Source: Rhizodiscina lignyota
Lineage: Eukaryota
NCBI GenBank assembly: GCA_010015805.1
Contig: ML978126.1
Coordinates: 62,001-126,000 of the forward strand
DNA: 64,000 bases
Direction of reading: 5' to 3'
This document shows positions 62,673 through 64,000 of this stretch, in pieces (the first letter of the stretch is position 1; each line of letters opens with the position of its first letter). The translations under genes and the position numbers were made by a program. Under the pieces are notes generated by a model, which had not been told where the DNA came from, ran no database searches, and saw nothing but the letters and a program-made list of their open reading frames with translations.

Positions 62673-63077
62673 TCATACACTCACATCAACTTCTTCATCA
62701 ACGCTTGCTTCCGTTGGCGACTTCTCCTCCGGTGGTTCCATGGCCCCAATGAGTTCATCAATATACTTGAGAATCCAATCAAACTTCTTCACCCATTGCG
62801 CACGCCACGTCTCTCTCTAGTACGATTTGAACGATTCAAAGTGCTTGTCAAAGTGCATGTCGAATACGTAAATTGTTTCGTAAAGCATCAGCGTCCACAT
62901 GACTATCGAGTCCTTGTCCATCTGACGTCTTTTGTTTTCAAGTATAGGGCTAGAATCTAGATCGTCTCTTGTGAGCTTGAAATGGTCCCAGTATTGCTCA
63001 ATCGTGATCACGTGATCGATAACCGCTCCGTAAGTTCTCGGGTCCGATGAAGTTGGTGCCAATCCGTCAGTGGACAT
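62673..63077 (-). pseudogene. short ORF interrupted by one in-frame TAG
   Basis: MSTDGLAP...HFESFKSY*RETWRAQWVKKFDWILKYIDELIGAMEPPEEKSPTEASVDEEVDV; TAG at 62817-62819 with protein-like sequence continuing in frame. Confidence 0.4.
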
Positions 63078-63613
63078 GGAACGGGTGTGAAAATGTTGCC
63101 GTCGTCGCGGAGCCACCAGTATCCACTCTTTCTACAGCCAGTCCACTGTGGGCTTGAACTTCTCCGCATTCGCCGGCGGATGGCTCAGAAGAGTCTACCT
63201 TTCTGTAGACATAACCATCGCTTCCGTCGTAGATGAGAAAGGGGGGTTCGGCTCAGTAGGATTGACGCGCTGGTCTTGGAACGATTCCATGGTATGCTAT
63301 GCCGACAGGAAAGTACAGTCTGGTGGACGTTGATGTGGTGGGTAACCAGCGTCGACTGCATATTTGGAATGTTTGTATACCAAGGCCAAGTTGTTTTCAT
63401 TAGCAAAAATGCCCTCAACGTGAAGGCGTATGCATTTGCGAATACAGCACAAGCGAGGGCCGGACAGGGACATCAAAGCCGGATAGCGCGAAGAGGGAAT
63501 GTGTCGATTGGCCGTTAAAAGTATTCGCGCAACTGCTATATGCGTGCCTCGTATCAGTCGATGAAACCATATGCATTCCCATGCGTGAGCCGTGGGTTAT
63601 GCATTCCAACAAT

Positions 63614-64000
63614 TCATTGAAAATTGAAAAAGTCAAGAGACCCAGTCAAATTTTGAGAACGTCGCTGCGTTTCCTCAATAGCCTGAATCAGCAATTCCGA
63701 CGCCATTAGAGCCATATCAGACTTTCGTCCGAGGTACCACAGCGCTTTGACGCAAGATCTGCATCGCTGAAGAGCCTTTGCTGCATCTTCCGTGGCATCT
63801 TCTCCAGCTTTGCTCTGAGAAGCCGTAGCTCGCTTAATCAGCAAAGAGCCGGCTTTGGTGAAGACGCGGATCAAGCAAGCCGTCCAAGGTTCTGTCAGCA
63901 GAGCTCTCTGGCTAAGAGCATCATGCCATTCACCTCCGACCGAGAACGAGGATGGAGCATTGTCGTCATCGGGGCAAGCTGCCTTTGCCAGCGCCGCCAC
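63614..64000 (-). CDS. C-terminal end of a probable AlcR-like fungal transcription factor (5' part outside window)
   Basis: Open frame to the window edge with ALLTEPWTACLIRVFTKAG and CVKALWYLGRKSDMA, which I recall as the AlcR-family C-terminus; DNA-binding domain not in window. Confidence 0.6.
   Translation of the reverse strand: MAALAKAACPDDDNAPSSFSVGGEWHDALSQRALLTEPWTACLIRVFTKAGSLLIKRATASQSKAGEDATEDAAKALQRCRSCVKALWYLGRKSDMALMASELLIQAIEETQRRSQNLTGSLDFFNFQ

Overview
Eukaryotic genomic DNA from a filamentous ascomycete (Pezizomycotina-type short GT-AG introns with CTRAC/CTAAC branch points, Zn2Cys6 factors, hydrophobin). About 30 protein-coding loci; no rRNA, tRNA, CRISPR, PKS/NRPS or intact transposon was seen. 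A housekeeping core (ECM11-domain, F-box, CDC73, peroxisomal acyl-CoA ligase, SEH1, ALG7; ~23.7-40.2 kb) is flanked by two backbone-less, regulator-containing enzyme clusters. Cluster A (7.6-21.0 kb): metallo-beta-lactamase-fold lactonase and Baeyer-Villiger monooxygenase on a divergent promoter with CCGAGG sites, a Ctf1beta/FarB-like Zn2Cys6 factor, a DUF2855 protein, a frameshifted GMC oxidoreductase and a Pro1 tautomerase. Cluster B (40.3-53.0 kb): questin-oxidase-like protein, beta-propeller lactonase, Zn2Cys6 factor, two ACS-family MFS permeases and an intronless AtuA(DUF1446)-DUF4387 fusion, with a GATAAG-rich divergent promoter carrying a CGG-N11-CCG inverted repeat. Also present: an atypically spaced Gly-rich hydrophobin missed by the ORF track, a secreted beta/gamma-crystallin-like protein, a 12-bp minisatellite with RIP-like transitions, a lone cytochrome P450 and gene relics. 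Exon boundaries were read by eye and family calls are from motif recognition, not database searches.
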